DNA of 64,000 nt from Botryllus schlosseri. Its lineage: Eukaryota. The DNA lies in NCBI GenBank assembly GCA_051294905.1, contig CM119372.1, forward strand, positions 37,574,001 to 37,638,000. Direction: 5' to 3'. Positions 37,289 to 49,200 of the stretch are shown here, piece by piece. A model generated the notes under the pieces. The model worked only from the letters and a program-made list of their open reading frames with translations. It did not search any database and was not told the DNA's origin. Every line of letters begins with the position of its first letter. Positions within the stretch are counted from its first letter, which is position 1. Both the position numbers and the translations under genes were made by a program.

Positions 37289-39616
37289 TCACTGGCCTTT
37301 GATAAGAGTAGACTTCCTGCTGTCTCCAAAAATCTTCCTATGCTGTTCCACAGCTTGAAGCAAACTGTCTCTTTGCTGTTCATTGTCAGTCAAGATTGCA
37401 GCATAGTCTGTGCTTAGCTTGACACCTCTTTCTGCGGCATCATTAACGACTTTGACAGATCTAACGTAGCAATTCATTTTATTGAATGAATCTGAAAAGT
37501 GCCAATCATCAACCGGTTGACGCAGCCAATCCCCAGAGCATTCAAAAACTTCAAATATGTACCACGACTGGGGCCCAATAAGGTCAGACAACGTACTGTC
37601 CTTGTTGATCTGTATAGTTGCATTCAATGAGGGTGGGCCCCTTCTGAAACTGGAAGTTCGCTCTACTTGCAGGAGCGCCTTTGCCATATTTTCCCGGGTT
37701 TCCTTGCTTTCCGTCGGTGAAAACAAGGCGTATACAGCGGTTTCCTCAACAATATACCAGTCGTGCTTCAAAAGCTTTCGTGAAGCAGCTGTGGAAACTT
37801 GCTCATCATATTCCTTATAACTCAACATGTGCTGAACGAATCTCAAGTCATTACCAGCTGCATCACGACCAATGCTTGAATCCACCCACGCAGGGATATA
37901 AAAGAGAACCAAAAATAAATTGAAGCGGCGCAGCAGTTCAACTTCTTCAGATTTGTAATCTAATTGGTCGGCCCACATGAACATCTTTTGAGCATACAGA
38001 ATTGTACCCATCCATCTCGCATGGTGTGCTGCACCAGGTTTGTGATGACGTATATCTTCATCTGCACCGAGAAGAGCAAGAGCATTAGTCACACATTGCT
38101 TGTAGTCATCCCGTGTGAAAAAATCTTTTCTGTTCAACAGTAGCTTGAACTTATCAACTATCATTGCAGCTCGTTCAGCAAAACATAGAGGAATAGTCAG
38201 AGTCTTGAATTGCTGTTCCCTGTCAAGACTGCTCCAGTTCCTTTTAAGGTGGGCAAACCATGCATTCTCTGGTCCAGTTGTGGCCTTTCCAAATAAAGAT
38301 TTCCAAACGTCTTTCACTACCAGCTCATACACATGGTGCCGACATGCATGGTAGAACACCTTCCTTCCTAGAAGGTCTTCAAGAATCTTTGCTGCACCCT
38401 TCTTCCAGCCGCTGTTGCTTGCTGTAGTGTCAAAAACCAAAGCTGTTACAGCATCTTTTATATTCCAACTTTCAATTATGTTGAAAGTGGTTTCTGCTTG
38501 CGTCTGACCTGCAGCATTTTGCATCTTTTGAATGCCAAGTAGTTTTCCTTCTGAGTATTGAGGATGACAAGATAGGACAATTGACAGAGCCTCATACCGA
38601 TTTCCTAATCTATCCTCTGTGAGCTTTCCATCCCAATGAATAGCAACATGTTGAGGTTTATTTTCTGCAAATTTTTCTGAAATATCCTTGGAAATTTCAA
38701 GACGATTTGTTTCCCTGGCTCTCTTTGTCGAAGATCTTGACAGAGAGAACATTGCTATGTCACCGCCACAAGCCGTAATAAATGCTCCGATCAGCATTGT
38801 TGCCTTGTTGTCTGTTAGTTGCAATCGATCCAGAGCTTGGGACACATGGGTATTATTCATAATATTTTTTGGTGCCATCAGCTTAATGGCTGTCGAGGTG
38901 CCAAGACCAACATCAGCATCATAATCAGAACTTGAACTCAAACTATCACCCTCTTTTGAAGATGAAGAAGATGCTAAAACAACATAGTCATCACTTGAGT
39001 CATGTTGAATGTTTTTAACAGTTCTATCCGCCATGGTTGCTGTTTTCTTTTCGATGTCTTTAGCGAGAATCTTGTCTCTTCCCAACATTATGCATTTGCG
39101 AGATTGCTGTTGATCTTCATAGAATGCAATGTCTTCGAGCTTTCTATCATGTGATAGATAAATGTCATTTTGTATTATTGCTATCGCATCTGTACTTCCA
39201 ATATCCCACAACTTGTCCAAATCTTCCGTGAATTTTTTCCTCTTACCCTTGGGATCACTTTCCCGTTTCATGGTCGCCTTCAGAAAAATATATTTTTTGT
39301 TCAGTTTTTCAAGTAATTTCACCCCATTTCCTTTAAGTATTGTGGCAATTCTCGCCATTTGCCACACTGTCATGACATCATGAACCACCACATTACATAG
39401 CTCACGAGTAGGGGTTGACTGAGGGCAATGGTCTTTCAGATGCAGAAAGTAACTCATTACTTCTCGCAAGGTTGGTAATCTCGAGCCACAGATGTAATCG
39501 CAAGCATATCCGACCAAGTAATGCTCAGATCGAGATCTTGTTCTTCTCTGTGGCAAGTGCACAGTCTTCCGCCGTTTTGCCTCTGCCATGACAGTAATAT
39601 TTTTGCCTTCTATCAT
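37289..39616 (-). CDS. hAT-superfamily (hATm-like) DDE transposase, 775 aa
   Basis: Uninterrupted ORF with HWDGK (D), FDTTASNSG (D), ACRHH (CxxH), HHARW and VVNDAAERGVK (E). AATAAA on the minus strand at 37208-37213. Confidence 0.93.
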   Translation of the reverse strand: MIEGKNITVMAEAKRRKTVHLPQRRTRSRSEHYLVGYACDYICGSRLPTLREVMSYFLHLKDHCPQSTPTRELCNVVVHDVMTVWQMARIATILKGNGVKLLEKLNKKYIFLKATMKRESDPKGKRKKFTEDLDKLWDIGSTDAIAIIQNDIYLSHDRKLEDIAFYEDQQQSRKCIMLGRDKILAKDIEKKTATMADRTVKNIQHDSSDDYVVLASSSSSKEGDSLSSSSDYDADVGLGTSTAIKLMAPKNIMNNTHVSQALDRLQLTDNKATMLIGAFITACGGDIAMFSLSRSSTKRARETNRLEISKDISEKFAENKPQHVAIHWDGKLTEDRLGNRYEALSIVLSCHPQYSEGKLLGIQKMQNAAGQTQAETTFNIIESWNIKDAVTALVFDTTASNSGWKKGAAKILEDLLGRKVFYHACRHHVYELVVKDVWKSLFGKATTGPENAWFAHLKRNWSSLDREQQFKTLTIPLCFAERAAMIVDKFKLLLNRKDFFTRDDYKQCVTNALALLGADEDIRHHKPGAAHHARWMGTILYAQKMFMWADQLDYKSEEVELLRRFNLFLVLFYIPAWVDSSIGRDAAGNDLRFVQHMLSYKEYDEQVSTAASRKLLKHDWYIVEETAVYALFSPTESKETRENMAKALLQVERTSSFRRGPPSLNATIQINKDSTLSDLIGPQSWYIFEVFECSGDWLRQPVDDWHFSDSFNKMNCYVRSVKVVNDAAERGVKLSTDYAAILTDNEQQRDSLLQAVEQHRKIFGDSRKSTLIKGQ

Positions 39617-39646
39617 AAATTACAGCTACGCCTAAAACATTTAAGT

Positions 39647-39998
39647 AACAAGTGTTACATTACGACTTTTAACTCACCAACCCACAATGCCCTTGTACAT
39701 AACCACAACCACTACTAACAAAATCGACCTCATCAGAACAGAAAATGCTGCTGCAACTAAAACATTGAGCAAGGAACAAGTGTTGCATTACAACTATTGA
39801 TGCATCAACCCACAATGCGCTTTACAAATTCCCGTCTCTACTAACAGACTCGACCTCCGCAAAACAGAAACTACTGCTACAACTGATACATTCGAAGAAC
39901 CACTGTTACATTACTACTATTGACTCATCAAACCACAACACGCTTTTACAGTATTACAGCCGTCACCAACAGACTCAGCAGCAGCAAAACCTACTCCT
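39647..39998. repeat. three diverged ~125-bp tandem units upstream of the transposase ORF
   Basis: Units start at 39647, 39775 and 39898 (AAC.A.TGTT.CATTAC.ACT...CCACAA...AACA). Confidence 0.8.
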
Positions 39999-42156
39999 TC
40001 TGTCAAACACGGTGAAGCACCCAAATCAGAGCTGACAGCCGCCGTCATCATTGAAGCATAACCGATTACCCAATCAAGAATCGTGGTTTCGTCATTGCCC
40101 GCCTAGTTGCAATTTCGCCGTCGGTGGCCCGCCCACTCTTTGGCAGCTACTTTCAAACGCTTTGTAAGAAATCTTAACGACGTTCCTGAGAGCTTCTTTC
40201 AGGCTTGTTGATGTTTTTAATCAATAATCTATAGAATAAGACATTACAACGCAGCATTTTCGAAATTTTTCAAATTTTTGACAACCCTAATGGGTAGTGT
40301 ATTGTACCATCTAAATTTGTATCAACTTCTCGAGAGTAGCCTACGTATGCGATCATCTATTTTGACTGATAATAACAGACTGTAGCAGGTAGCTATACAG
40401 TTACTCATCTATTTTATTAGCAGTTCTATGTGTGCGTGAGCGATGCAATGCCTTTTTGCATGTATATGGATTTCTAACTATACATTCATTATTTGATTCA
40501 AGATAAATGGCCAATTAATCTGTCTTTCACACAGCTGGCAAAATGGAATGACTTCGAATCATCCCTCACACCTCTAAAATTCAATTTCACTTGAATTGTG
40601 ACTTGACTCGTGGCTTGACTTGACTTTTCTCGAGTCACCTCCAAAAAATGAGTGACTTGACTTGACTCGAGTCACCGTCGAAAATCCATCTATTTGACAT
40701 GACTCGAGTCAAAATGTGAAATGACTCGAGATGACTCGTGACTCAAAGGTAGTGACTTAATCCCAACACTGTTATCTGGATTTGAAAATGTGTTTTTGTG
40801 AACAACACGCGATGTAATTTCCGATACATACATTCCAGAACAGTTAACTGGTAACGGTAATCGCGCATGTGTCTTCGTAAATTTGTATAATGTGCTGTAT
40901 ATAATTTTTAACAAATGTGTCAATTCCCCATCACAAACCATTGAATTCCCCATCAGTGGGGAATTACTGACCGGTTGCGAACCACTGCTCTAGATGGTGC
41001 GGTTTTTCCTTGGATGAGAGGTACCCATATCAATATCGTGACATTTAGTAACAGTGAATCGCGTGAAGCGCGAAAAAGATTTTTTAAAAGTTCTGTAAAT
41101 ATCTAAAAATATATGGTAATATTAATTTATGTTAATTTACAAATTAATTTTGGACCTCATCCAGTTCGGGCCTCCCTATTTGGGGGTTTTGGATGCGGCA
41201 GTTACGGCCCTTGTAATATCCCATGCATTTATGTGTCATAATAGAAAGACGTGTCTGGGGTTTGTTGTGATTAAAAAGAGTTAACAATATTAGTTGTTTA
41301 CCATTGTGTTGAATAATTACGTGGGATTGATATCATTTTCATACATTACCTCTAACTTCCTAATTGCCCTATGGTGCGTTCAATTTAAAAATGATTAGAA
41401 ATCAATACCCTGCAGAAGTGCCCACTTTTGACTTATCTCACCAACGTATTTCCTGCTTCTCATTCTCAGAAAAATAATTGCCTACCTCTGGCGTAGTGGC
41501 CTTAAAGTCATTAAATGTTTAGAGCCGTGCCGAACCGAAATCCATTCTTCTGGGCAACACATTAATTTTTATTTTATCGGAAATATCAGACATAGAATCG
41601 ACATTTCAAGTGGATGAGGTTTCAACTTTGAAAGGAGTGATATTTTGACCCCAAAAACCCACCCATAGGCTAGTGGCTACGCCACTGTTACTAACGATGG
41701 CTCGGAGCTAGCAATGGCTGCACAGACATCATTCAACAGAACACGCGGTATCTAGATTCACGTAAAACGATGACACGTGCATTTAGTTGTTCGTGAACCA
41801 AAATTTTATTTAAATGTGGAACTAGAAAACTACTGAATTTCAAAAGCTGCAACTACAACTAGAACTAGAACTACTCACTTTTCAATATCCGCAACTAGAA
41901 CCGGAACTACTCACTTTTCAAAATCAGCAACTAGAACTAAAACTAGAGCGACTCGATAAACCGTTAGTTAATGTTGTCCGACAACTAACTAAATGGGTAT
42001 TTTGCACAAATCTGCGGTATGCATATGCACAGTTCGTGTGTATGTATGTATTTGTTAGAGTCGATGCATACGACGCAAAACATCAAGGACCAAAATATAG
42101 CCTACAACGTCATATTCCTATTATAGATTAGATTCCTGCTTCGGCTTTGTGGATGA

Positions 42157-43215
42157 ATGATGACGAGCTCAACATCGTTTCCTCAAAACATCACGACAAT
42201 GTCGAGCCTACAGACACCATCATTCGATATCAGCCCGTCTGCGCTTGCTGTAGTATGGAGTATATTTGGAATGCTGACAGTCGTTGGATTGATTTCGAAT
42301 ATCGCAATGATCATTATCCTACGGAGAATCAAAGCTAGTAACTTTTCGTTGATCGTGACAGGACTTTGTTTTTCTGATCTTGTGTCGTCATTAAATAGTC
42401 CTTTATATATATATTCATCTCTGCACTGGTATAACTACGAATTACCATGGATATTTTGTTACACGATAATTCCCTGTGACATAGCAACCTCAATGGTTAC
42501 GGAACAGTATATACTACTGTTGAGCGTAATTCGGTTTCGCAGTTTAGTGTATGCGTTCGATTCTCGTGGTGATGGTTTGTCTGTGCAGTCGTGCCGCAAA
42601 CTGATTCTGGGATCATGGCTTATTTCATTTTCTGTCCTAATTTGTCCAGTTTTATTGCAATTGCAACACATTAGTAATGAAGATAGTAACACGTGTACTT
42701 TCGGGAGCAAGAAGTTGGCATGGTTGAATGTAGCTACTGCAATATCGATGACAATAGGGATATTAATACCAATAGTTTTAGTTGTTTGCATCTGTGTAGC
42801 GATAGTTATATTCCTACTTCGCCGTAGAACGTCCTCCATTGCCCAGGCTATCAGCAACTCGTCAAAGAAAAAAGAAAACAAAGCGCTTTTTCAACTAAAA
42901 GCCATAATCATTACTTTTCTGCTAGGTTACGGTATCAATTATGGCGCCCAAATTTTCCTACTCATCAAATTTAATCATGGGCCGAACATGTTCTTGGCAT
43001 TGGTCGTCGTGCCGCACGCAGTGCTTCGCGTGACCGAATGTCTCAATCCGTTTCTGTACTACTACGCATCGACCGACATCAAGAAGGAGGTGCAACGCTG
43101 CAGAGGTGGCGTGGCGAAATTCGTCAGAAAACGATTCATTTGTGCTGCAACAGAGACAGCTACCACTACTGGCACTGCTACTGGGAAGGTGGCAAATGCA
43201 GCAATTCAAAAATAA
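42157..43215 (+). CDS. single-exon rhodopsin-like (class A) GPCR, orphan, 352 aa
   Basis: Seven hydrophobic segments: TM1 GLISN, TM2 LCFSDL, Cys at the top of TM3 and in ECL2, TM3 SVIRF, TM4 W, TM5 P, TM7 NPFLY. N-glycosylation site NIT in the N-terminus. Confidence 0.93.
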   Translation: MMTSSTSFPQNITTMSSLQTPSFDISPSALAVVWSIFGMLTVVGLISNIAMIIILRRIKASNFSLIVTGLCFSDLVSSLNSPLYIYSSLHWYNYELPWIFCYTIIPCDIATSMVTEQYILLLSVIRFRSLVYAFDSRGDGLSVQSCRKLILGSWLISFSVLICPVLLQLQHISNEDSNTCTFGSKKLAWLNVATAISMTIGILIPIVLVVCICVAIVIFLLRRRTSSIAQAISNSSKKKENKALFQLKAIIITFLLGYGINYGAQIFLLIKFNHGPNMFLALVVVPHAVLRVTECLNPFLYYYASTDIKKEVQRCRGGVAKFVRKRFICAATETATTTGTATGKVANAAIQK

Positions 43216-45645
43216 TTAATTTGATTCGCGGTAACGACCTTGTCTCCGTCCCTAACTATACAGATGGGTTCGTTTAATTGATAAAGGGCTATAAAATACT
43301 GGTGTATGGCACGCGGGTATTGTTCAAAACATGGTTTTAAGAAATGTTAGCGTACATGAACGACAGACCGCGCTTCGAAAGTAGCAATTGGTTTGTAGTC
43401 GTGCATTACACACGTCATCTTGGATCACGGTCGCGTTTGCAAAATCAAACATAGTACTTCGTAAACTGTGTCAGGATGATGACTACGTTCAAATGAGTCC
43501 ATGACATCACGCAAGTGTTTCGAAAATTTTGCCCGAGTGATTTTGGCTTTACTGCTAACCTGGGTGACAGAACATTTCATATACCGCTTGAATAGGGGTT
43601 CCTTATCTCGAACCACTGCTAATTTTAGTGCATTAATATGTCATGATCATGTTATATGGTCGAAAAAAATCACTCATCATTTTTGTAAATTTATTTGTTT
43701 AAAGCAGGGGTTCTCAACCTTTGACCCATGAGCCTTTTTCTTGTGGGCTATGAAAATATTTATGATCTTTACGTCTATTCCACTATAACAAAAGAACTAT
43801 ATTTAATAATTAAATATTAATTTAGCTATTAAATAATATAATAATACTATAAAACAGCAATAAGCGATGTCTTGATATTGAACTTACTTTTATTATTTTA
43901 CAATATTAAGCTAATTGCACCCTAAGCTTGTTAAAATTGTCATGTCATCAACATATCGTTTTGAATGTGGGTGTTTAGCCTTGTTACTTCTGAGACAAAG
44001 CAGCGCAGTTCATCGTATATTCAATATGACACGCTACTGGCTCTTTCCATCACCGAACCAGCAATTAAGACATATACAGAGAAAAAACAAGTTCAACCAT
44101 CACATTAACTAAATATGTTATAGGTATAAGTAACGTACTATTCTTTTCATTATGTGTTGTATTTATATCATTTTATCATTCAGACTGCTGGTTACCATGT
44201 AAACGTTTGAAATCAACGTTTCTTATTTGAAAAAATTGAGCGCAACTTATTTTTCAAAACTTTCGAAGGTGGCCGCAGAGTAAAAGCGTGTCGGTGTGTC
44301 TGGTTTAAATCATTGTTTAAAACATGTTTAAACAGCTGCATTTTAAAACACGATTTGTTTTAAATTCAACTCCAACTGTACATTATACTGAATTATTTCA
44401 TTTTACATGAATACACTCATGGCAATGTATTTCGGTCTGTCACATTTTGCATACGAGACGAGGTTGAAAAGTAGTAACTGTAGTCCGATTATTGCAGGAC
44501 TTGATGCAAGACGAAAGGATCTATCACTTTGCTTGGCGTATAAAGGCAGAGCACTTAATCATAGGGTGCTCAGGGTAGTCCAGTCTAAGACAAAAGTGGT
44601 CCGTCCTACTAGAATTATCGGCCACGTGATGAAGGTTCATGAGTCGATTTTACAGATGACCAGTCTTTTGATTTCGACCATATGACAGAAATTAGGCTCG
44701 TGAATTTTACTATTCAAGCATGAAAGTTTATCAATCCCTTGGATTGAACAGGTGTTCTTGGCTTCTCTATCCGGCGAATGAATATGCCATTGCTCCAGCT
44801 ACCTACTCTATTTGCGCTACTGGAAGCAATTTTACTGTGGCGGTGCCACGTCATTTATAGAATTCGTAGTTACTAATCTTTTTCGTTACGCAAGATGCTT
44901 TTCATTGTGCAAATGACTTTGAATTTCGTCTCGATCGACTAATGTCCCGCTTTTACTTTTATTCAATAAAATAACATTAAAACGTGGGGAATGGATTCGA
45001 TTCGAGCCAGATTTTCTATTTCATTTTACCATAACCCACGTTGACATGCGAAATCTTGTTGGACATATATATAATATATATATATGTCGAATTTTCCCTT
45101 GTCCATAGGCGCCTATACGAATGGCGCCTAATATCCCCGTCCTGGTAATACGAGCCCCTCATTGTAAATGCCAACTGTAGAGGAAATTTATGCTAGCCGT
45201 GAAGAAATGCCACTGTGAGTCGTGTGCGTCTGACGTCTCACTATCCTTGTAACGTGGCTATTTCAATAAAGTGAACGAATTTCCAGCTAATCCGTGTCAT
45301 ATATTTTTTTCGTTTATCGGCGATGTCTTCATCCAAACCCCACCATAGGCCCTTGAGAAGAACAAAACAAGTGGAAAATACATCCCTACCTCTTCAGGCA
45401 TACCTGGAACACGATTTTTGGTCATATCGGTGTGACGAAATTGGTCACCGTAAATACTAATATTTCAAAAATGACCGAAATTTCAATTTGACTGACCTCG
45501 GCTTCTTCTGGTTGGAATTGAGTCAAATTTGGTGTGCAACGTTTTTTTAGGTAACCTGACGAATTGACAATTAAGCCTATGAAATTTGAATTTTTTTTTG
45601 AACACTCCTAATATTCAGGTTTATTTCAATATGAATGTGCTAGTC

Positions 45646-46630
45646 CAGTGGTTCTCAACCGGGGGTCCGCGAAGCCTCAAATTAGTTGATAACCTAAATT
45701 GTATTTTTTTTTAATTCGGAAAATCGCGAGGCAGCTTTGCTTCATTAATAGTAAAACTTAGAGCTCACATTAACGGAATGGCCATCTGAGAGGAAATATC
45801 CTACTGTCAAGACTTATTTTTTATGCTAAATTGTCAATAGCCTACTGATACAAACATTTTGATAACCTAATTTGTATTTTTCAAATTCGGAAAATAACGA
45901 TACAGTTTCGCTTCATTACTAGTAAAACTCCAAAGCTCACATCAACAGAATGGCCATCTGAGACGAAATATCTTACTGTGCAGACTCATTTCGGTTGCTA
46001 ATTGTCAATAGTCTACTGATACATAAATTTTGCTGTTTAGACATGTATTGTTGGGGATTGTGGAAAAAATGGATGAGTAAGGTTGATCACGGTGACTTTG
46101 AAATGTTTACAAAAATCCATTTTCTCCTGTGATATATATAACCATTTTTCCCTAATAACTTCAAGATATGCTGCTAGATAGAAATGACCAGGCTTGACGT
46201 CTTATGTTCATTAAAAATTTGTTTGTCAATTTTGGTGGCATATTTGTTGCGATCATATACCCAAACGTGTCGTCGGAAGCGTTACGCGTTATTCGCCACC
46301 ACCTATGATTGTGGAAATGGATTTTCGGCACTCGTTTATATCAAATCTAAGGAGCGGATTTTCAAGACACGACCACGTATTCCAAGAAATGCAGTTGCAG
46401 AATTCGCTTTGAAATAATAGAAGTCAACCCATGCTTTGAATAGTATGATCTTATCTTCAAGAAAAGCCATTTTGTTGCTGTTTACCACTAATCCAACAGT
46501 TGTCATTTGCACCAGACGGATGACGATTGTACGATAATTGGCTAAATCTGAACTAAAACTTCGTGGGGGTCCGCGGGGTACGTGACTATCCGAAAGGGGT
46601 CCGCGAAGACGAAAAGGTTGAGAACCACTG
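45646..46630 (+). mobile_element. Buster/Charlie hAT deletion derivative with an internal ~172-bp tandem duplication
   Basis: Perfect TIR CAGTGGTTCTCAACC, perfect TSD TGCTAGTC. Remnant FATTYDCGNGFSALVYIKSKER. Duplication at ~45688-46030. Related left ends at ~4659 and ~61647. Confidence 0.9.
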
Positions 46631-46686
46631 TGCTAGTCAATGGTATGTTGACGTTTTTTACCTCCATTTCATGCACTGCTAGTAGA

Positions 46687-46733
46687 CTGGGCAATGGAGG
46701 ACGTTCTACGGCGAAGTAGGAGTATAACTATCG
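46687..46733 (-). pseudogene. inverted 47-bp fragment of the GPCR coding sequence
   Basis: 46/47 identical to the reverse complement of 42800-42846. Confidence 0.85.
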
Positions 46734-46868
46734 TCTCAACATCGACCTTGGCTTTTTGAAACACAGCTATGGCAGTGAGGTTACATTGGTGTTTTCGCTC
46801 ATCTAAAGGTATTTTGAAATAGCTCGACGGTTGGTCAGACAAGTGTCTATGTGCCATAGTTACTAGAG

Positions 46869-47734
46869 CAGGGGTGGCCAACCTTTTCGTCGAAAGGGCC
46901 ACATGAGATTTACGAACCATTGCACGGGCCACTTGAATGTCGATGGCCACTTTTTATCGTCCGATAGGAGCGAGTAACGGTGAAAAGAGGACTTATATCA
47001 CTACGCATCAAAATCGATAGCGATTATGTCATGAAAACTATGTGTACATGTCCTAGCCGCGCAACACGCGAAATTAATTTAATTTATTTATTTATCTGAG
47101 AAAATGAATGAATTCGGTCAAGAATAATGTTGTGGTTCGACTTCGTATACTTCTAGGCTCATTTGGCCAGGACATGATTAATCGGCGCTTGCACATATCG
47201 ATATCAAAGATTTCAGTGAACATGCGCCAATCCATTTGTGCAAAAGTTTCATCTCCGTCGATCTTTCAGCGAGTGCTGATGCGAAGTCGCATGTTGGATG
47301 ACACATTTTCTCATATTTTCGAATATAGTTAGACTCAATTCCGGAAATTAGTCGTATTTTTAATTTTCAGGAGGAGGCACCAATACTAAAAGCAAGAAAT
47401 CGAGTGTGACAATAAATCACACGAAGTGCTAAAAAATCAAGTCAAATAAATCTGACACGACATATTTAACTTTGTGGTCATATACGAAGATCAAAGAAAA
47501 ATGCGGGTTGCTCGTGTCTACACCAATACATCGGAACAGATATTTTAGTAAACAACATCCCAAAGTTCGCGTTCAGGCTAATCAAATTTTCAGTTGGACT
47601 TGGATGTTCACAATAAATTACCTGGGTAATTTATTGTTTTACAATATAACTAATTTTGAGAATTTCCTCGCAGGCCACTCGAAACCTTCTCACAGGTCAC
47701 ATCTGGCCCGCGGGCCAAGGGTTGGCCGCCCCTG
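46869..47734. mobile_element. Buster/Charlie-type MITE
   Basis: TIR CAGGGGTGGCCAACC / GGTTGGCCGCCCCTG. Inverted homolog of 58477-59783. TSD not matching. Confidence 0.8.
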
Positions 47735-48619
47735 CTCTTCAGCAACTATGGGGTTGCCAACCTTTTTGCAATTCACGGCCGCATTTTGATTACTTCAGTA
47801 TGTCTAGTCTACGGCCGCATTTCAGTGTATAGTCGTATTGACGGTTGCCCGACGTATGAAAAACACAATGTAAATCGACTGTTCGGCATGGGACACTTCA
47901 ATATGCGTCACTTCAGCATGTGACTTTATAACCCCAAAAATGACCTTAACCCGAAACATAGCCCTGAAATTAATCCTTATATTTATTCTAACCCCGAACC
48001 AAACCCAACCATAAATCTATCCGTAATCCTCCCCTAGCCCGTAATTTATCCAACATGCACATTTGTCGCTAGCCCAATTGTTACATGCCAAAGTGTCGCA
48101 TTATCGAATGTAAACATGGAATGGCAACGACCGATTTTGCAGCTTCGTTCTGCTTCGCTAGGGCTGGATCCATAATTGTTTTGCGTAAGCGACTGTAAGA
48201 TTTCTGGCAATCCAAAAGATATCTTCCATAGCGCATAATTTACTTAATTTGGTCTTGATCGAAAGCTGCTGCCGCACTGATTCCAAAAATATAAATTGAA
48301 ATATGGTCAGGCTCCAGACTTTGACGAAAAATCACCATCAACATCTGAAATGTGCATTGTTAAGAACAATCGGATAACCGCGAAACAATAACCGTTACAA
48401 TGACCCGTTGCAGCTCGCAAATTGTTCGGACAATGCCGATATTTCAGACTGGGAGTGGAGGGCGGATTCTGGGTGGATCAGTGCCTGATCTTATTTAAAT
48501 TTATATTTTCGGAACCGGTGCGACAGTAGTTTTCGATCAAGACCAGATTCAGTAAATGGGTTTTTGTAGAACAGAATGAGTGAGTCTTAGGTGAGCTTGA
48601 ATCCTTCGTTCTCTATCTT

Positions 48620-49200
48620 CTCTCAATCAGGATGTCTTTTCAACCCATCAAAGTATATGAGGACGCAACCATTTTTAGTTGGTAGCAGTTATAATCTTTA
48701 TATACCACTCTTCGTTTGAAGATTGTGATTAGTAGGCCTATTTCCATGCTTAATTTAGTTTCCTACGTTATCTATATACATCCGTCTTGCAGACTTCATC
48801 GGTCAATGCATTCTGTGACACCACACTGCTCTTTCGTAAAACGTTAAAGTTTGCGAACAGTAACGATTATATTGTTCGTACATTATGTAGAAGATAATTG
48901 CTCACTCCGGCACATGACCCAAATATGTGACTCTTTAAGCTTGTTTTGAAGCATTAAAAGACACATGTTGCCTGTTTTCCGAAAAAGAAAGTGCTTATCC
49001 TGCTAACTTAAAAGAATTTATCATCATTAATATCCGCATGTACTTATCATACTAATCCATCTCCAGTGACCATGTACTGTCGGATTTTATCAGAATCGAG
49101 GAAAGCTGTTCCTGAAATGTTTTTCTTTTGGTTTATTGCTATGATATAAATGGCTTCTTTTGGATTGTCTATTATAGACAACCAGATGAATGGAGATTGC
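48620..49200 (-). pseudogene. decayed LINE reverse transcriptase remnant
   Basis: INQKKNISGTAFLDSDK (FLD..KAFD-like) followed by GHVPE*AII..IMY (GVPQGS-like). Many stops. Confidence 0.4.

Larger units (their letters stand above)
36587..40289 (-). mobile_element. complete, probably autonomous hAT (hATm-like) DNA transposon
   Basis: 144-bp TIRs (36587-36730, 40146-40289) with one mismatch, TAGGG termini, perfect 8-bp TSD ATGGGTAG (36579-36586, 40290-40297), intact ORF. Confidence 0.95.
36070..40771. mobile_element. GACTCGAGTC-repeat hAT MITE hosting the autonomous element
   Basis: CAGTGTTAGGAT / ATCCCAACACTG termini with GACTCGAGTC arrays at 36080-36240 and 40600-40760. No clear TSD. Confidence 0.65.
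34670..42014. mobile_element. possible AACTAG-repeat MITE split by large nested insertions
   Basis: CAGACTTGTACAAA at 34670 pairs with TTTGCACAAATCTG at 42001-42014. CAACTAGAACTA arrays at 34700-34920 and 41820-41950. No matching TSD, so these may be two separate fragments. Confidence 0.45.

Noticed and set aside
37557..39383. Plus-strand ORFs overlapping the transposase, and ORFs overlapping the GPCR
   Set aside because: Antisense or alternative-frame shadows of real coding sequence with no recognisable motifs.
37289..39616. Fanzor/TnpB-like nuclease or domesticated host gene
   Set aside because: The motifs are hAT DDE, no RuvC pattern is seen, and intact TIRs and TSD indicate a transposon.
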